DNA from: Camelus ferus
Taxonomy: Eukaryota
Direction: 5' to 3'
Length of the DNA stretch: 64,000 nucleotides
Assembly (NCBI RefSeq): GCF_009834535.1
Contig: NC_045697.1
Location: forward strand, 64,544,001 to 64,608,000
Shown here: positions 1-17,000 of the stretch, in pieces
Layout: each line of letters starts with the position of its first letter
How positions within the stretch are numbered: the stretch's first letter is position 1
Notes under the pieces: model-generated
What the model was told of the DNA's origin: nothing
The model's database searches: none
Seen by the model: the letters and a program-made list of their open reading frames with translations, nothing else
Program-made: the position numbers and the translations under genes

Positions 1-1640
1 ATAATTTATATTTACCTATTTTTAAGTTTACAAATTTCTTCCTCAGATGTGTCAAAAGCATCATAGTAATTTTTTATCTTTGATAACATGTTTTGGAAGG
101 GTGAGTGGATTTTATTTGACTTTTTTTTAATAGTTTCCATCTTTCTTTTGAAATTTCTCATGTTTCATGTATGTTCTTTACCTTTGCCTTTACCACTATA
201 TCCTTTAATATATTAAAGGGTAGCTACTATAAAGGCTCTGACTGATAGTTCCAACATCTTGGTAATATCTCAATCTGCTTCCGTTGATTGCTTTATCTCT
301 GAAAAATAGCCTTTTTTCTTACTATTTTATTTGTCATATAATTTTAGAATGAATATTGAACATTGTCAATTGAAGAACACCAGAGCCTGAGATTAAGAGT
401 ATTTATAGCTGGAAATGAATACTACTCTTCTTCTGTTACAATGGTGGTAAATGATTCAATTGAGTTTGGGTTTTATTGTTGATAGTGTTAACAAGTTCCT
501 TCAAGTTCCTTCAGTGGTGGGCTGCCTGAACCATGTACTTAGGGTGAGTCTCTTGATGCTATAGGGTTTTTTCAGTTTTTCTGCTTCATCTTCAGCTTTC
601 AGAATCTATTGTATGACTGTGCCAAATAGTGGTTCTCTCTTCACATTTTTTTTCTCTACCAGTGATGGTCTTCTATTGCTTGTTCCTCAGTGCTAGGCTC
701 ATGGTGGGGGCAGGGAGTGAGTTTTTCGTTCTTCTGGTGAAAGCTCAATTGTAGACAACATCTGTGTCCTTGAGGGTCAGGAAGGGGGCGTTGGTATTAT
801 TCTTGTTTTGCTAATCTCAATGATTGAAGTATTCAGACTTGCATCCGTGGAGGTTCTTAAACAAGAGAGAGGATTTTGCTCCTCCTTGCTCCTAGCAATA
901 ACACATCTCTGCTTTATAAAGGCACAAGATTATGACTCAAAAAGGTTTTGTTGTCTATCCCCCAGTGGCAGAAAATTTTGATTCTCTCACTCTCCCAGAA
1001 CCAGTGATCTTTTCTTGGTTTCGAATGTCAGAAAGCAGAGCTTACTAACCCTTCCACAGAAGCTGATGAGTTTTGCTTATACACAAACATTGGATCTTTG
1101 CCTGGTCCCTGGTTGCAAGACAGTTTGCTGTCCCTCAGCAGCTCAAAGCATTTTTCTTCCTAGTGAGAAGACCCCACGGAAGAGGGCCATATTTTGAAGT
1201 TGTTCCTCAAAATATGTGTGTAGCAGTTATGGGGTATTTCTGGTGTCTTGTCCTGCTCTCATTCTCTCCCATGAGCCTCTCCGTATATCCATAGAAAAGA
1301 GCTAATGAATGAGTGCCAACCTCCCTCGTGTCTGATGCTCTTATTCAAAATTTTTATGCTACCACAAATTCACCCTTTAGGAATTTATTTTAAAATTTGC
1401 TGATTTCTTATTAACTGCTGCTCAAATTTTTCCTCTGTGCTCTGCCAAAGTGAAGCAGTTTTGTGTCCTGTCTCACGTTAGAGGTGCTTTCCACTCTTTG
1501 GAACTTAGTATACTTTGTTGTCTCACCACTGCTCTATGATGGGTTCAAGGAAAATTATATTTTCATAGATCATTCAATACTTTCTTATCGTTAGGATCAG
1601 AGCAGTGCTCTTCTTTGGCTTTGTATATCCTAAGCAGAAA
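1..1640 (-). mobile_element. Ancient L1M-type LINE, ORF1/5' region fragment
   Basis: T-rich + strand with motifs typical of antisense old L1 ORF1 (tgatagttccaacatcttggt...gttgattgctttatctct), followed by more GC-rich 5'UTR-like sequence. Boundaries are approximate. Confidence 0.6.
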
Positions 1641-4183
1641 TGGAAATCTATAAAACATTGTTAAAAGAAAGCATGTTTATTGTTGAGTGATATATTTTCC
1701 TTCATCATATAAGTTCAAAATAGACAGACGAAATTCCTGGTACAGCACAAAACAGAATCTCTCCTCAGATATGATATACCAGCCTACCAATCTGCAATCT
1801 GGCTAATATAACCATCCACATACAGAGGAGGAAAAAAGAAAACAAAAATATTTATATTTGGAAAATAGGAAATGGATTGCAGCAGTATAGCAAAGAATGT
1901 TCATTCTGTGCATAAAAAGGAGAATTGACAGTTACGTAAGTCTGAAATAGTCTGGGTTAAATACAGGTTAATAATTTGTTACCTAGAAACCTCTCCATGT
2001 TTTTAATATAACGTGCACTATAGATCTCTACGAAGAAAAATCTATTTATCGTTTTGCAATCTTAAGTGGCCACTAAATCTCCCCCCACTTTTTTTTTTCG
2101 AGAACAAAGTATTCCATACAGCACAATGTAGGAAATACTGGATCAGATATTTCTAACTGCATATGCATTAAAAATGTTAATATTGTTTCATTTTCACAAT
2201 TTTGCTGTTGTGTTTAATTCTTTATGGTTTAACTCTATCTTTACAAGAAATTTTAAAATGTTTTAAAGCAGCAGTGTAAAAAAGGTATGAAACCAAGTGT
2301 TGACAACATGACTAATTTTATATTAGCAAACTTTAGATAAATTCTATCATATCTAATATAAAATTTAGTTTTATACCCCTGAATTTTCTTTAGTCATATA
2401 AAATATACTGCAAATAAGTCAAGTTAAATTTGAGCAGAGATTAATATTTGGGCTTCTGTTGCTGAGATAATTTTTCATCATCATCTTCCAAAGAACCCTT
2501 TCAAAACACCTTCCCTCTTTTCCACACAAACAGATAACCTCTTTCCATACTGTAAACAAAGGACTGATAAATAGGTGAAATACTCTTGTGAATAGACCAC
2601 TTTGATACCTCTGTAATCTGTTTACTTTGCAAGGAGTCAAGATGTTCTTGCTTTCTGTTGCATGAGTTAAATTCCACAATATTTTCAAATATTCATTTAA
2701 TCCTTTCATTCACTTATTAGTAGATTCATTCATTCAGAATTAAATATTTAGATTCACCACCAATTAGCAGGACCAACAAGGAATAAGGATTTTATTGTGA
2801 ATCTATACTGATTATGTACTCTATGCACCAAAAAGCAAAATTAAATGTTTACAGATTTTTATCACTACTTTGAAAACTCCTCTAAAGCCAATATGTGCGT
2901 GTATAAATGACTGAATATTGACCAAGCTTTTGTTTCTTTATTTAAATTTTTGACCCTGATAACTGCTGTAAAATACAATATATTTTAAACTGCAGCACAT
3001 TGAACAAACACACATTGTGCCAGAGATACTTCTGTGCCTGGAGAAATATGTTTCAACAGAAACAGTTATTTTCAGAATTAAAATGGTTAATCATGGGAAG
3101 ATAATAAAATCTGATTTTTAAGGGTCAAATAATAATTGATATTTATTAGAGTTGACATTATGCATTTCTTTTTGTTTTTGATTCATTTGTTAGATTTTTG
3201 CTTCAAATGATATGCCACACCAGAAAGATCAACCATATAATTGATAGACAATTTCTACATCCCATGGCCAAGTGAAATTCCTTAACTCAAGATATATAAA
3301 ATATTTTTTCTTTAGTAAAAGGAAATTGCTGAATTAGCCTCATTTTTGAAATTTTAATATTTACACCAAAAATTTGAATGACATAATAATACATCACAGT
3401 GTTCTAATTATCACTTAACATAGGATTAAGTGACATATTATTAAAGATTGTTCTATTGGTAATTAACTCCTCAGTAACTAATAAAATCAAAGATGTGAAT
3501 AAAGCAGATATTATAAGAGCATGATAATACTTATTCCTATGTGAAAGCTTTAGAAGAAACAACACTTTAGAAAATTGAGTTACCTAAAAAAAATCACTTA
3601 AAATATAAAATTTACTTAAATACAGTAATTAATAGTACTAAATATAGTAAGTAATGAATGGAGACATTTCAAAAAGTAAGCCGACTAAATCTACATCAAG
3701 CATGGCTGCCATCTTGTGGGGACAAGATATAATGTAGTGAGGGGGCCAACCTCAACAAAGTGCCCCTGTTGCATTGCAAGTCATCATTTGACTTCCATCC
3801 ACCAATTGTTTGATGTTTAATATTGCTATCCCACTTAAATTCCACATCAATATACAGGCAGAGGAGATAAGAGGTCTAAACTAAAAGAGGTCCACTGATA
3901 TATACAATTGAATTCTTGCTACTAAAAGTTCAATATCATGGCTAATATAAGAACAATGGAAAAACTTTGAAATTCAAAGTTTTGACCTGAATTAACTTTA
4001 GTAGTAGATGAGTTTGGTGAAGTGTTCACATTAAAAAATTATCAATCAATCTATTTGCAGAATTTGGTTGGAATTTATATCTCATTGAGTTAGGAGAAAA
4101 TATGACATTGTCCTGACAGGGCAGCCTTACAGATTTACGAAAAACTTCCAAAGGGAGGAAGGAAGAGATTTAGAGCTTAAAGT

Positions 4184-4227
4184 GAAGGGAAGGAAGGAAA
4201 GAAGGAAGAAAAGAAGGAAGGAAAGGG
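4184..4227. repeat. Degenerate (GGAA)n polypurine tract
   Basis: gaagggaaggaaggaaagaaggaagaaaagaaggaaggaaaggg. Confidence 0.85.
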
Positions 4228-7200
4228 ATATTACGCATTCTCAAGGATAAGATTTGTACTAGGGCCATCGGAGGTAAAACAGTTCGGCAGAATAGAAAGT
4301 GGTGAGTCAGTGCAAGGTTAACCTGGAAAAAAAAAAAAAAAAGACATAGTATACCCAATGTGAGTAAGTTGTATAGGAATATGTGATATAATGACTTTCT
4401 TGAAGCACATTTAGAAGTCAAAAAATGTGTTTTCTAAGTTCAAATATTTCATCAATTACCAGTACAACTTCTGAGGCCTAATTTCCCATTCTTTTCTAGA
4501 AAACCTGGCATTAAATAAAAAAGGCCATAAATTCACATTGAGTTCTGAACTTCTCTGATCTACTGAGTATACAAGATATATTTTCAGCCTTTGAAACAAA
4601 ACAAAAATTCCTTTTACACTTCTCAATTATGATTCTACCGTTATTATTTGTTATTGCCTGCATATAGGTTGTCAGTTATCTCCCTCTTATAGTTTTCCTT
4701 CCATATTCATGTTAAAGTTGTAATATACTTAGAATCATTTGTGTACCTAACTGTATTTATAATACTGATGATAGAATTATAGCAAATTAGAAAAAATGAT
4801 CAAAATGCATTATATTCCATTTTCCTCTGATACTCTTTTTAAGCTAACTTTTCTCCTAATTTTGAAATATGCTGTCTTATAAATTTATAGATAATTATAC
4901 TAAAACAAAGTAACTCCAGTCTTTGAATATTATTCCCAAAATCTTTCCATTAAAAAAATTCTACTTTGCATCTTACAGCTATTAAGATTATCTACCATTT
5001 CTTCAAATTATTGATATTCACATCACAACTAATGGCTGAATGAATTGATAGGCTTCACTTAGAAAAAATAAATTAATAAATCATAGTTTACTTATTCAAA
5101 AAAATTAATCACTGGCTATAAAATTTTAGTGAATGAAAGCTGTTTTTTCCCCCCAAATATGCTATAATGTCACAAAGTTTTGAATTTTAGTATAGCAAGC
5201 CATTTCTATAGGATAATGTATGAATTAACTCTAAGTAGCCTTAATTAGATTAACAGAGCCTTCATTAAAAGCCTATATAAAGTATAGCCAGTGAACTTGC
5301 TATTTTTCCCTCTGGAACTTAACATCTAACCTACACATTAAAAAGTGAATTAAATATTATATCATAATACGCAATTTTCTGAAATAGAAAATATAGTTAA
5401 CACAAAAAATAAAAATGTGCTTAAATTCATATTCCATACAAAAACCATTAATTAGAACACATTGGGTATAGAAATTATTTGAATGGAGGATTTTAAAATA
5501 ATGAAAATGTTTTGTTCATAATACACTAGAACAAATTTCCAAGAGGAAATATAGTGTGCATTGTCTATATTTATCTCTCTCCAGCAATGATATTTATTAA
5601 GCCAGGACTGGACAGCTAATGTTCTGAAGTTCTTCCTAGTTCTCTGATTTGGGGATATTAGTGTGTTCTTTCCATGTTAATGGTTATTTCACAATTTTTT
5701 TCTTGATTGAGCATATAGTGATTCATCAGTTTTTAAAATGCCCTTGTGAATAATAGAAACAAGCTATGGGGAGATACATCCATTTTTTCAAAGACTTCAT
5801 CGTCTATAACAACCAAATATGATCCATGAAATCGAAACAGAACCCTTTAAAAAGTAAAATGATATCCACAACAGCATCAATACAACCAATGTTAAGTCAA
5901 CATATACTAAGGGAAAAAAATAAAGGAATGATGAAAATTGAGAGGAATTAATCAGTGACGGCTTCTTGAAAGCATTGATTTATGCCAGATTCAGAAGGAA
6001 GTCATGAAATTCAAGGCAACCAAGGGGCTCCATGTAAAATGATGCAGTGAATAAAATGTGAATAAGTTATGGTCTTCACTCTCAAGGCATCCGTCGATGA
6101 TCTAATTTAGAAGTAGTCCTATATAACTCTAATACAAAGGCAGAATGTGCTATTTGAACACAGAAGAAGGATGGATTTATTCCATATGATTCCATATGAA
6201 AGTACTGAATGAAATTTCACAGACAAGATTTGAATTAAGCCTTGAAGTAGCAGAGGAGAGTGGGGAGGATGAATAGATGCCTTCCAAAAAATTAACCTAA
6301 GTAAAATATGGTAGCACAACCTTATCTAGAATGATCAGGATGAATGAAAGAAGTCATTTCACAGAAGTGATATGCAATTATGTTTGGAAAAATAATAGTC
6401 TAATTCACCCAACTAGAGAGAAGGGCTCAAGTGAGAGTGTAAGAAGAAAAGATATTTGCCAAATTTGGAGGTAACAGAGGAATCTGAAAGGTTGAGGAGC
6501 TTGACATCCATACATGCCAAGTAGCAACATTCTGAAAGGATTCCAATTATAATTGAAATAATATTAGGACCGTTCATACCTGGCCTCCACTAGTCACTTG
6601 GTTGTGTTAACAAATCTCCAGTCTGAAATGAGACCACACTGGGTGTAAGTTAGCCATTAGAAGAAAGGAAGTCACAATCATCAGGATTTTATTTTAAGGA
6701 GCATACTTGCAGAAAATCCTTTCATTCTGTTACTGGGAGGCTGTCATTCAGCACTTAATCAGCTCTTTCCATGGGGGACCAACCAACTTCCTCATTCTGC
6801 CTTATATACACAGGTCTGTAGTCAAGCTACTCAGTGTAATATTTTGATCAAATATTTCACTGAAGCATGCATTTCTGTTTTACTTATTATATTTTTTTAT
6901 TTCAAGATCTTCTTTATCCTGATTGCCTAAAAAATACACTGGAGACAGAAAAAAAAATATCACCGCATAAAAGGTAATTAGAACACCCTCTCCTTTTTAT
7001 AACTTTATAATTGAAATCTCATTAAAAGCTTTCTAGGTCTCGTTTCCCTTGGTGACCAGGTGTCCCTAATTTGTTTTTAACCAATGTGACTAATTCCAGG
7101 CAAAGACTAGAAAAAGTCTAATACCTGTTGGAGGATAGCAATAGCAAGGTTAAATAAGTGGGGTGGCTTTTTTAGGTTGCCTTAATCTCGTTAAAAAAAA

Positions 7201-7369
7201 AAAAAGGCTTCAACGTCTTTTCTCTTAGAGTCCTGCCTTTTTCTCAGTCCCGGTTGAAGATTCCAAGGGAAATGAGAACACTATTTTGTTTCTCCCTTGT
7301 ATTGCAGATAGGGGGAGGAGGTGGTTATTAGAGAGAAGCTCTTCCTCTCTTGGTTTCCCCCTCTCTCCG

Positions 7370-9660
<2,291 letters not shown>

Positions 9661-9713
<53 letters not shown>

Positions 9714-9714
9714 T
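9661..9714. repeat. (CT)n microsatellite: (CT)20 GT (CT)6
   Basis: Directly visible. Confidence 0.98.
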
Positions 9715-12700
9715 TTTCCTGGGGAACCTGCTTCAGGTGGAGGTTGTGCCTACCCAAGCGAGGGGCTTCTGTCTAGTGTAGGTGCCCACAGCAGCCCCCT
9801 TAGCTCCAGGGGGCTCCCTCTTTGGTCTCAGAGGCTGTCTTTGTAAACATGTCTGCCATTCTCTATCATTTATATCAATAGAACCTGATATATTTGTGTG
9901 TAAGTGGTAATGAGGTCAGGATTCAGAAAACCTTACATTTATGCATTAAGTAAATTAAGCACTAGGTAACTTGACTGCTAGATCACGTTTTGCCTGGGGG
10001 CTAACAGTGCCTGTGGGTTCAGAACTTTTCAGGGAGAAATTATGGTCTCATTGAGGGGTTCAGTAATGTTCTGGTAGAGTTCAGAAAGAAAGTGTCCTCT
10101 TAAAGAAATGATGTACATTTATCTCCAGTTGTAAATGACTGGAATGGAAATGCGAATATGTTATCGTCCTTTTACATTCACGTTATGATTAGGGGTTTCT
10201 GACTTATCCTCCTCGTCGCTCAGGAGGGAGGCTTGCGAATAAATGCTTCTTTTATTGCTTATTCTGTGGTCTGCACGATAAATACGTTATTTGCAAACAC
10301 CTACAGCTCTTGCTGTCCCCTACCAGATGAATACTATTTTGCAATGCTGTCTGGGCATTTGTTTCAAAATAGAACACAACTGTTACATTTTTTCCTTTGC
10401 ATTCTGTTGTCTGTCAGTGTGACATGGCTTACTTATTTATAATCAGAACAAAAATAAAGTTACTGTATACAAATTACAGATTTCTTTAGAAAGCTGGTTG
10501 TATGTATTAACTGTATATACTACTAAAAGAAATAGTTTCTTCGAAGCAGTTAGCACATTACACAAGAGCACTGGCTTCTTTTATAGATTAATATTGCCAT
10601 GAAGCTAGCAAATTGAAGGTTGTTTTAAAAGCTTCATATCTTTTATAATATACTAAAAAATGTCACATCCTAGATTAAAAAAAAAAAAAAAGAATGGCCA
10701 AGTCTAATTTGAGTGCACTTCAGAGGTTAAAAGCCCCTTTAGCTTCCAACCCCATCCCAACCAAAATAAAACTTAAAAGCTGAATGGCCATGTTAAAATT
10801 TTAAAGTACCAGTTAACATTCATTAGATCAGTTTACTTACTTGGTTGAATAGGTAAAGAGAATTAATTATCTTTAGGAGGTGATTACCTTCATTCAAGTA
10901 TTTAATGTGAGAAATATTCTTAAGGCAAATGTATTATTTCAGGACTAAAGGGATGAAAGTGGTGAAACTGGAGGGAAAGTGAGTATTCCAGCTCTATAAA
11001 TATAAGGAGATATACAGAGATGAAAGGTTTTCACAGCCTCATGTGATGTGTTCAAGTAGAAAGTAGCTGTAATATGTAGTTCAGGTGAGTTGGAAAGATA
11101 AAAAGACACTAATAGGTCCTTTAGATAGTGAATCTTTTTGGTATTGAACCAAATTATATGTTTGAAAACTCTCTCCATCCTTTTCTTTGTCTTTGTTTTT
11201 ATTTCATGCAGGTAGTTTAGTAAAGTCAATTACATATTTTAAACTAATATGTTTTTTGAATGCATTAGTTCACTACAGTGATGAGATACAATGGTTAAAC
11301 TAATGATTGAAATGGAAATGTATTTCAGTCAAAAATGCACTAATACTGTAATCACTTTGAATTTCTGATAAATCATATTTTAAAGATATTTAATAATTAT
11401 ATATTCTTGTTTAATACACATACACACACAATACACACACCGTATTTAGAAATGAATCACCTCAGTTGTGATCTCCTTTGCTCCCCCTTCAAAGAAAGGT
11501 CTTTGACGTATAGAAACTATGCAGTTTTGAAGTATGCTTCTACTCTGAGCCTGTGCATTGATTGAGTAATTTCATCAGACCCGCATTACTTGATTGCTTA
11601 GAAGTTTCCTAATGATCTGCATGCTGTAGGAAGAACCAAAAAGTCGTGAATGGAATGGCAATGATACCGTGTTTTATGAGGCTATTCAAAAGTCGCTCTG
11701 ATTTATGTAGCTAGAAAGCTCCAAAGTCTTTGAGATTAGCCACGCTGACTGCTATTTTCTTCATACATCAGTCGTCCCACACTTTTTACTCCCTAAACAC
11801 AACACAACAGGAGTTTAGAGCACTGCTTTAATTAAGCAGGGATTAGGTGGCATTTCCAGTCAACTGCACAGTTTGTGTTTTGCTTCATATCTAATATGGA
11901 GGATCTCACGTTTTTAACAGTTTAATGTATGCTCATTTCTTTATCTGGTTCCTTTGCCCACAGAGCTGATTGAAGAGTTATCCTCAGTTATTTATCTCTA
12001 CAAGGGAACACTCAAACAGTGTACTTATCCATATATTGCAGAAATCACTAGCATGTTTTTGTTGTTATCAGTCACGGTAAAATGTCTTATACCAACAGGG
12101 AATAGAAATGAAGCACTTACTCATGTTTTTTCATAAGCAAATGATACTTTGTCCTCTGACATCACAGTCATCAACTATGACATGTTTGAAAAGCCTAAGA
12201 CAATTCACAGAATATTTTCATCATGAGAAGGTTCAAATTAAAGTACAAAATTGGTAGGTGAATAAAATGTGTCATCACATTATAAACAATAATAGACGGT
12301 AGATTTAAAGCATTCCTTTTCATTACTGATGAACTGAGGACTGTTTTATCAAATACAGAATGTAAAAGCATTTCCAGAAGATGTGCTGTATCTTCTATGA
12401 AATTGTTTCTTTTTTAACTTTTTACATGATTTACATTGGTTAATGATAGCCCTCAGGAGTCATCAGGGACCCTGTGCTGTTAAAGATATCTCAATGATTT
12501 AAGTTATCCTTTTATTATTTATAGTAATTGTTTGTTCCCTAACTTATGGATAATATTCAGTGTAAATTTCTAGAAATTATTTAGAAGTAGTTTCTGAATT
12601 TAAAATAAGGATATAGTTTACTATTGCATTTTTCTGTATTAATAATACAGTTATTTGAAGTGTAATTCAGATGTACATTAAATTAGACAATGTTATTAAT

Positions 12701-15539
12701 CAACAGTATCAACTATGACATGACTAATAAGCCATTACACTAAGGACCTTTGCTTTCTATTCCAAGTGAATTGACATAAATATCTCCTATAAATTTTAGT
12801 TCAAATATGAATAAAGATCAAAGTAATTAACTTTCAACTTATCCAACAGTAGAAACCAGTTGAGGTTTTTAGGAGTAATGGAAGATGTATTATATTTAAT
12901 TCTAATCTCTAAGGCTAAATTTATACTGTAATCTTATCTCAAAGGGATATTGTAATTTTAAAACTGAACTTTTAATCCAGAAAGTTGTTTTTTTCCTTCA
13001 CTTGCATATATTACTTTAGTATTAAAAAGTGAAGTATTTGGCACTGCCATTAGATCTTCATGATATTTCAGAGAATAGCATATTGGCAAGTAAAGTATTT
13101 AATTTGACTACAAATATAATGTTTATTAGAAAATACATTTGTAGTCTATAAAGATAGCTTTGCCATTAGGTGTCACTGCATTCTGAGCTGTTTCTTTGTA
13201 GTCTAACTTGAAAATCACATGAAATATTTTTTTTAAATTCCCAGAAAAAAATGCCATTTAGTGAGGTCTGTGATTCTGTAAGATACAGGTGGTTTTTATT
13301 TTCAAACCAGAAGAGGAAATATTATCTCTGACTCTTATTTCTTGTAAGAATTTAATTTTAGAACATATCATCACTCTCTATTCTCTAGATAGATTAGATT
13401 GCTAGCTCTAGTGATGTAAATTTTTCACAAATTTAAAATCCAATAGAAATATACTCTTAAACTAATACTATCTGTGGAAAAATCTGAGACACCGGATAGA
13501 ATGTAGGTATGCTTAATAGTGCTGTTGTAAATAGGCATTAGTGACTGCTTACCTGTGGAACATTTGGAGTCCTGAACTAATTGATTTTTCTAACATGAAA
13601 CACACATACAGAGACCTATGAAAAAACCATACTAGGGCACAAATACAGATATATTTTAAAAAATGTCACCACTGAGTTTTGTGAATAATAATATATGTTT
13701 TCAGATAATTTTGGCCTGGAAGATAATTAAGTGTTATGTATTATAGCAATCTTCCCTACACACATATTACTACCACCACCACTACCATCAGCAGCAGCAG
13801 CACCATCCAGTTTGTGTAGTAATATAAAACCACTGTCTATTATCATATAGTAATTTTCATTTTTATTTAATTTGTTTAAAAGGCAAAATCTTCCTTTTAG
13901 CATATCCTATTATAAGACTAACGGAGGATGAAACTTAGGTCAACTTTAACCTGATAAATTGGTTTTAATATTGGCAAAATAACATAATTAAAGAATGGAA
14001 TACTAGGTTAAATGAATGAATAGTTTATCATATTATGTTAGGCCTTGCCCTGTGCCAATATTCATTAATAAACTAGTTGGAATAATGTACTATTGAAAAT
14101 TCAGAGTAAAAGTAAGTGATGAGATGGATGTCTAAAGGATAATGGGAAAAATAACTAAAGTCATTCTGGAATTGGTTATTAAGAGGACATCTGTGGATTT
14201 AGCTCATTTAAATTGGTGAATTCTAACATTTGGGTGTGGATACAGATTTCAGATGAATGTGAAAAACATACAGGGGATGTTAAGACATAGTAAAAAATGT
14301 TCTGGATTAGAATTTAGAGGGTTTGGGGCTAAGTACGCATTTGATCAATAACAGTATTGGAAATATTGGAAAGTTATTTATTTTCTTTAGTCCTCGTTTT
14401 TATCAACCCTAAAACAAGATTTAGACTAATGCTCATTTAAGCTCTACCCTTCTATGAACTAAAAAGAAGACAAATTTTTATATTTGAGGAATTTGGAGAA
14501 GAGATTCAGTATGTTTTGTATAGCTATTTTTAATACTTAGGTTTAGAGTGAATTTAAAAAAAACAAAATACAAAGGGAAATAAATGAACATTAAACCTTT
14601 ATTTAATTAAACATTAAATTACACATATGAAGGATCCCTTAAAATGGAGATATTTTTGGTATGCACAAGAATTATGCATAATATACTTGTTCATCAGGTA
14701 TCCTAGATAATTTCAATATCAGATTGATAGAACTGGATTTGTTTTTTGTTTTAGATTTTGTTTTTGTTTTGTCTAGCTTTAATACTAAGACGTTATATAC
14801 AGCGCTACTGTATACCACAATGATGGTGTACATTTAAGGCTGAATGGAGGAATGAGTGGTCTTATGTTCTAACCAGCAGGAACTAGAAGAGCTGTTAGAA
14901 TTTACCAATTTGAAGCACGCCAGGAATATTAGCATACGTTTGGCATCACTCAAAATGTAGTGTGTAAAAGAAATAGCCAGGGTTTTTTCGGTGTTCTTTA
15001 TAGTTTTGGATTCCTGCTCCAGGTACTTCAGCTTTTAATACTACTGCTGTTCACCAAATGGTTATCAAAGTGAATCTGAGGCTGGGTTGAACCACTGAAA
15101 GTTTCCTTGAGTGAATAGAGGGGAGCCCAGAGGTTAACACAAGAAACTAAGTACAAAAAGTCATCCCTGTGTGCGTTAGGAATTTATAAATTGCTCTGTA
15201 GTCAAGTTCCTTATTAACAGATATTTTTACTCATGGAAAAGATCAAATTATTAATTATATTAAAACCACAATTCTTAAACTTTTTTTTCATCCCCAAATA
15301 ATTCAAAGTAATGTATTTAAAATGAATAATCTTATATCATTGCTCTGAGTACCTGATTTTTCCCAAGTAATCTTAAAAAGGTGTTTGCTTCATTGTCAAA
15401 ATCATTGTAATTCTAGAAGCTATATTCCTGAAACTACAGAGTAATATAGGCATTACTGCAACTATACAGTATGTGTGCTCACTGGGAGAATGTTCTATCA
15501 TTCAATACATTATTCTGAACATACTCTTATGAACTTTTC

Positions 15540-16670
15540 TTTCCTGGAATTAAAATGTCAAAAAAGTAAGCTATGTTCTTGTATTTAAGTATTTACATTC
15601 TTGTTGAGGAGACAACGAGGTAAATGAGAAAATACATATTATGATGTCAAGTACTGATAACTGCTTTGAAGAAAAATGAAGGAAAGGTACCCTATTTTGA
15701 ATAGGATGATCTGGTAACACTTCCCTGAGGAGATGATCATTGGAGCAAAGACCTGATTCAAGGAGAGGAAATTAGCCATGTGGATATCTGAAAACAAAAG
15801 ATTACAGCCAGAGGGCATAGCAAAGGCAATGGCCATGAAATAAGATACCAAGGAATCTGCTTAATTAATTTAAGGAACATCTTAAAAGTCAGTGTGGAGC
15901 AAATGTGAAGTTCAGTGAGCAAAGCAGGAAGTAGAAAGAAATAAGGTCTGAGAGGCAACTAGGGAAGATGCTATGGAGACTTACAGGTCATAGGACGGTA
16001 TTTAGACCTTGTAGGTATATCGGATGCCCACTGGAGGGTTGAGATCAAACACGTGATACGTAATACTTAGTATTTTAGAAAGATAATCGTCTCAGCTTGA
16101 ATAGACTGGTTGGATTAGAAATATAAAGATTAGTTTGACAGTAGTGAATTGAACTATTCCAGTAATTGTTAGCTGAGCAAGATGAGTAGTTGTAAGATTG
16201 AGAATATCTTTTGAAGATAAAAGAAACAGAATTTCTAATGGATTGTTTTTCTGGGAGAAATCCAGAGGAAGTAAGGAGGCTTCCAAGGTTTTTTATCTGA
16301 GCAAGTGGGTGATTAAAATTGGGAACTTGGGGGCAATGAGCAAGTTTTAGATAAAAATAAAAATTTGCATTTATTAAATTTGATATTCCTATAAGACATC
16401 ATTTGGGGATTTAGGTTGTTGGTTGATTATATGAATCAAATTCAGTGGAAGTTAGGAATTTGAGCTGTACGTATGTTTGGAATTCATCAATATAGATATG
16501 ATTTTTAAAACAATGGGAGGGGATAGCACACTTAAGGAGTAACTGTACAAAGAGAAGAGGTCCAAGTCTATACCACGGGACATTCCAAAAGGTAGAGGTC
16601 GAGGAGAGAGGAGAGGATCCAGGAAAAGAGAAAGATGTGTGTGGCCTGTGAATTAGAAAGAAGTCCAGGA

Positions 16671-16701
<31 letters not shown>

Positions 16702-17000
16702 TGTGTGTGTGTGCTGTTCTGGAAGCCAAGTATTTCAAGGAGGAAACCCCGTCAAATTTTATGGATGACAGTTGAGACTTGACTATTGGGTTTGGAAATG
16801 TTGAGGACCAAAATGACTGACAAAATTGCTTTCAGGGTACTGAAGTGACAAAGTACTGATTGGTAAGGATTGAAAACTTTAATGGGACTTAAGAAACTCT
16901 ATGAGTTTGGCTTTAAGGGAGAACAAGGGTGTGATGGGGTTGGGAGTAAGAAGTAAAGTGAGGGGTTTGTTTTTAAAGGTGGGAGTTGGGATATATATTT
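15540..17000 (-). mobile_element. LINE-2 fragment
   Basis: Purine-rich + strand with antisense L2 motifs (cttccctgaggagatga...gcaaagacctga...agccatgtggatatctg...cagagggcatagcaaaggcaatggcc; gttttttatctgagcaagtggg). Confidence 0.75.
16671..16713. repeat. (GT)n microsatellite with one interruption
   Basis: Directly visible. Confidence 0.97.
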
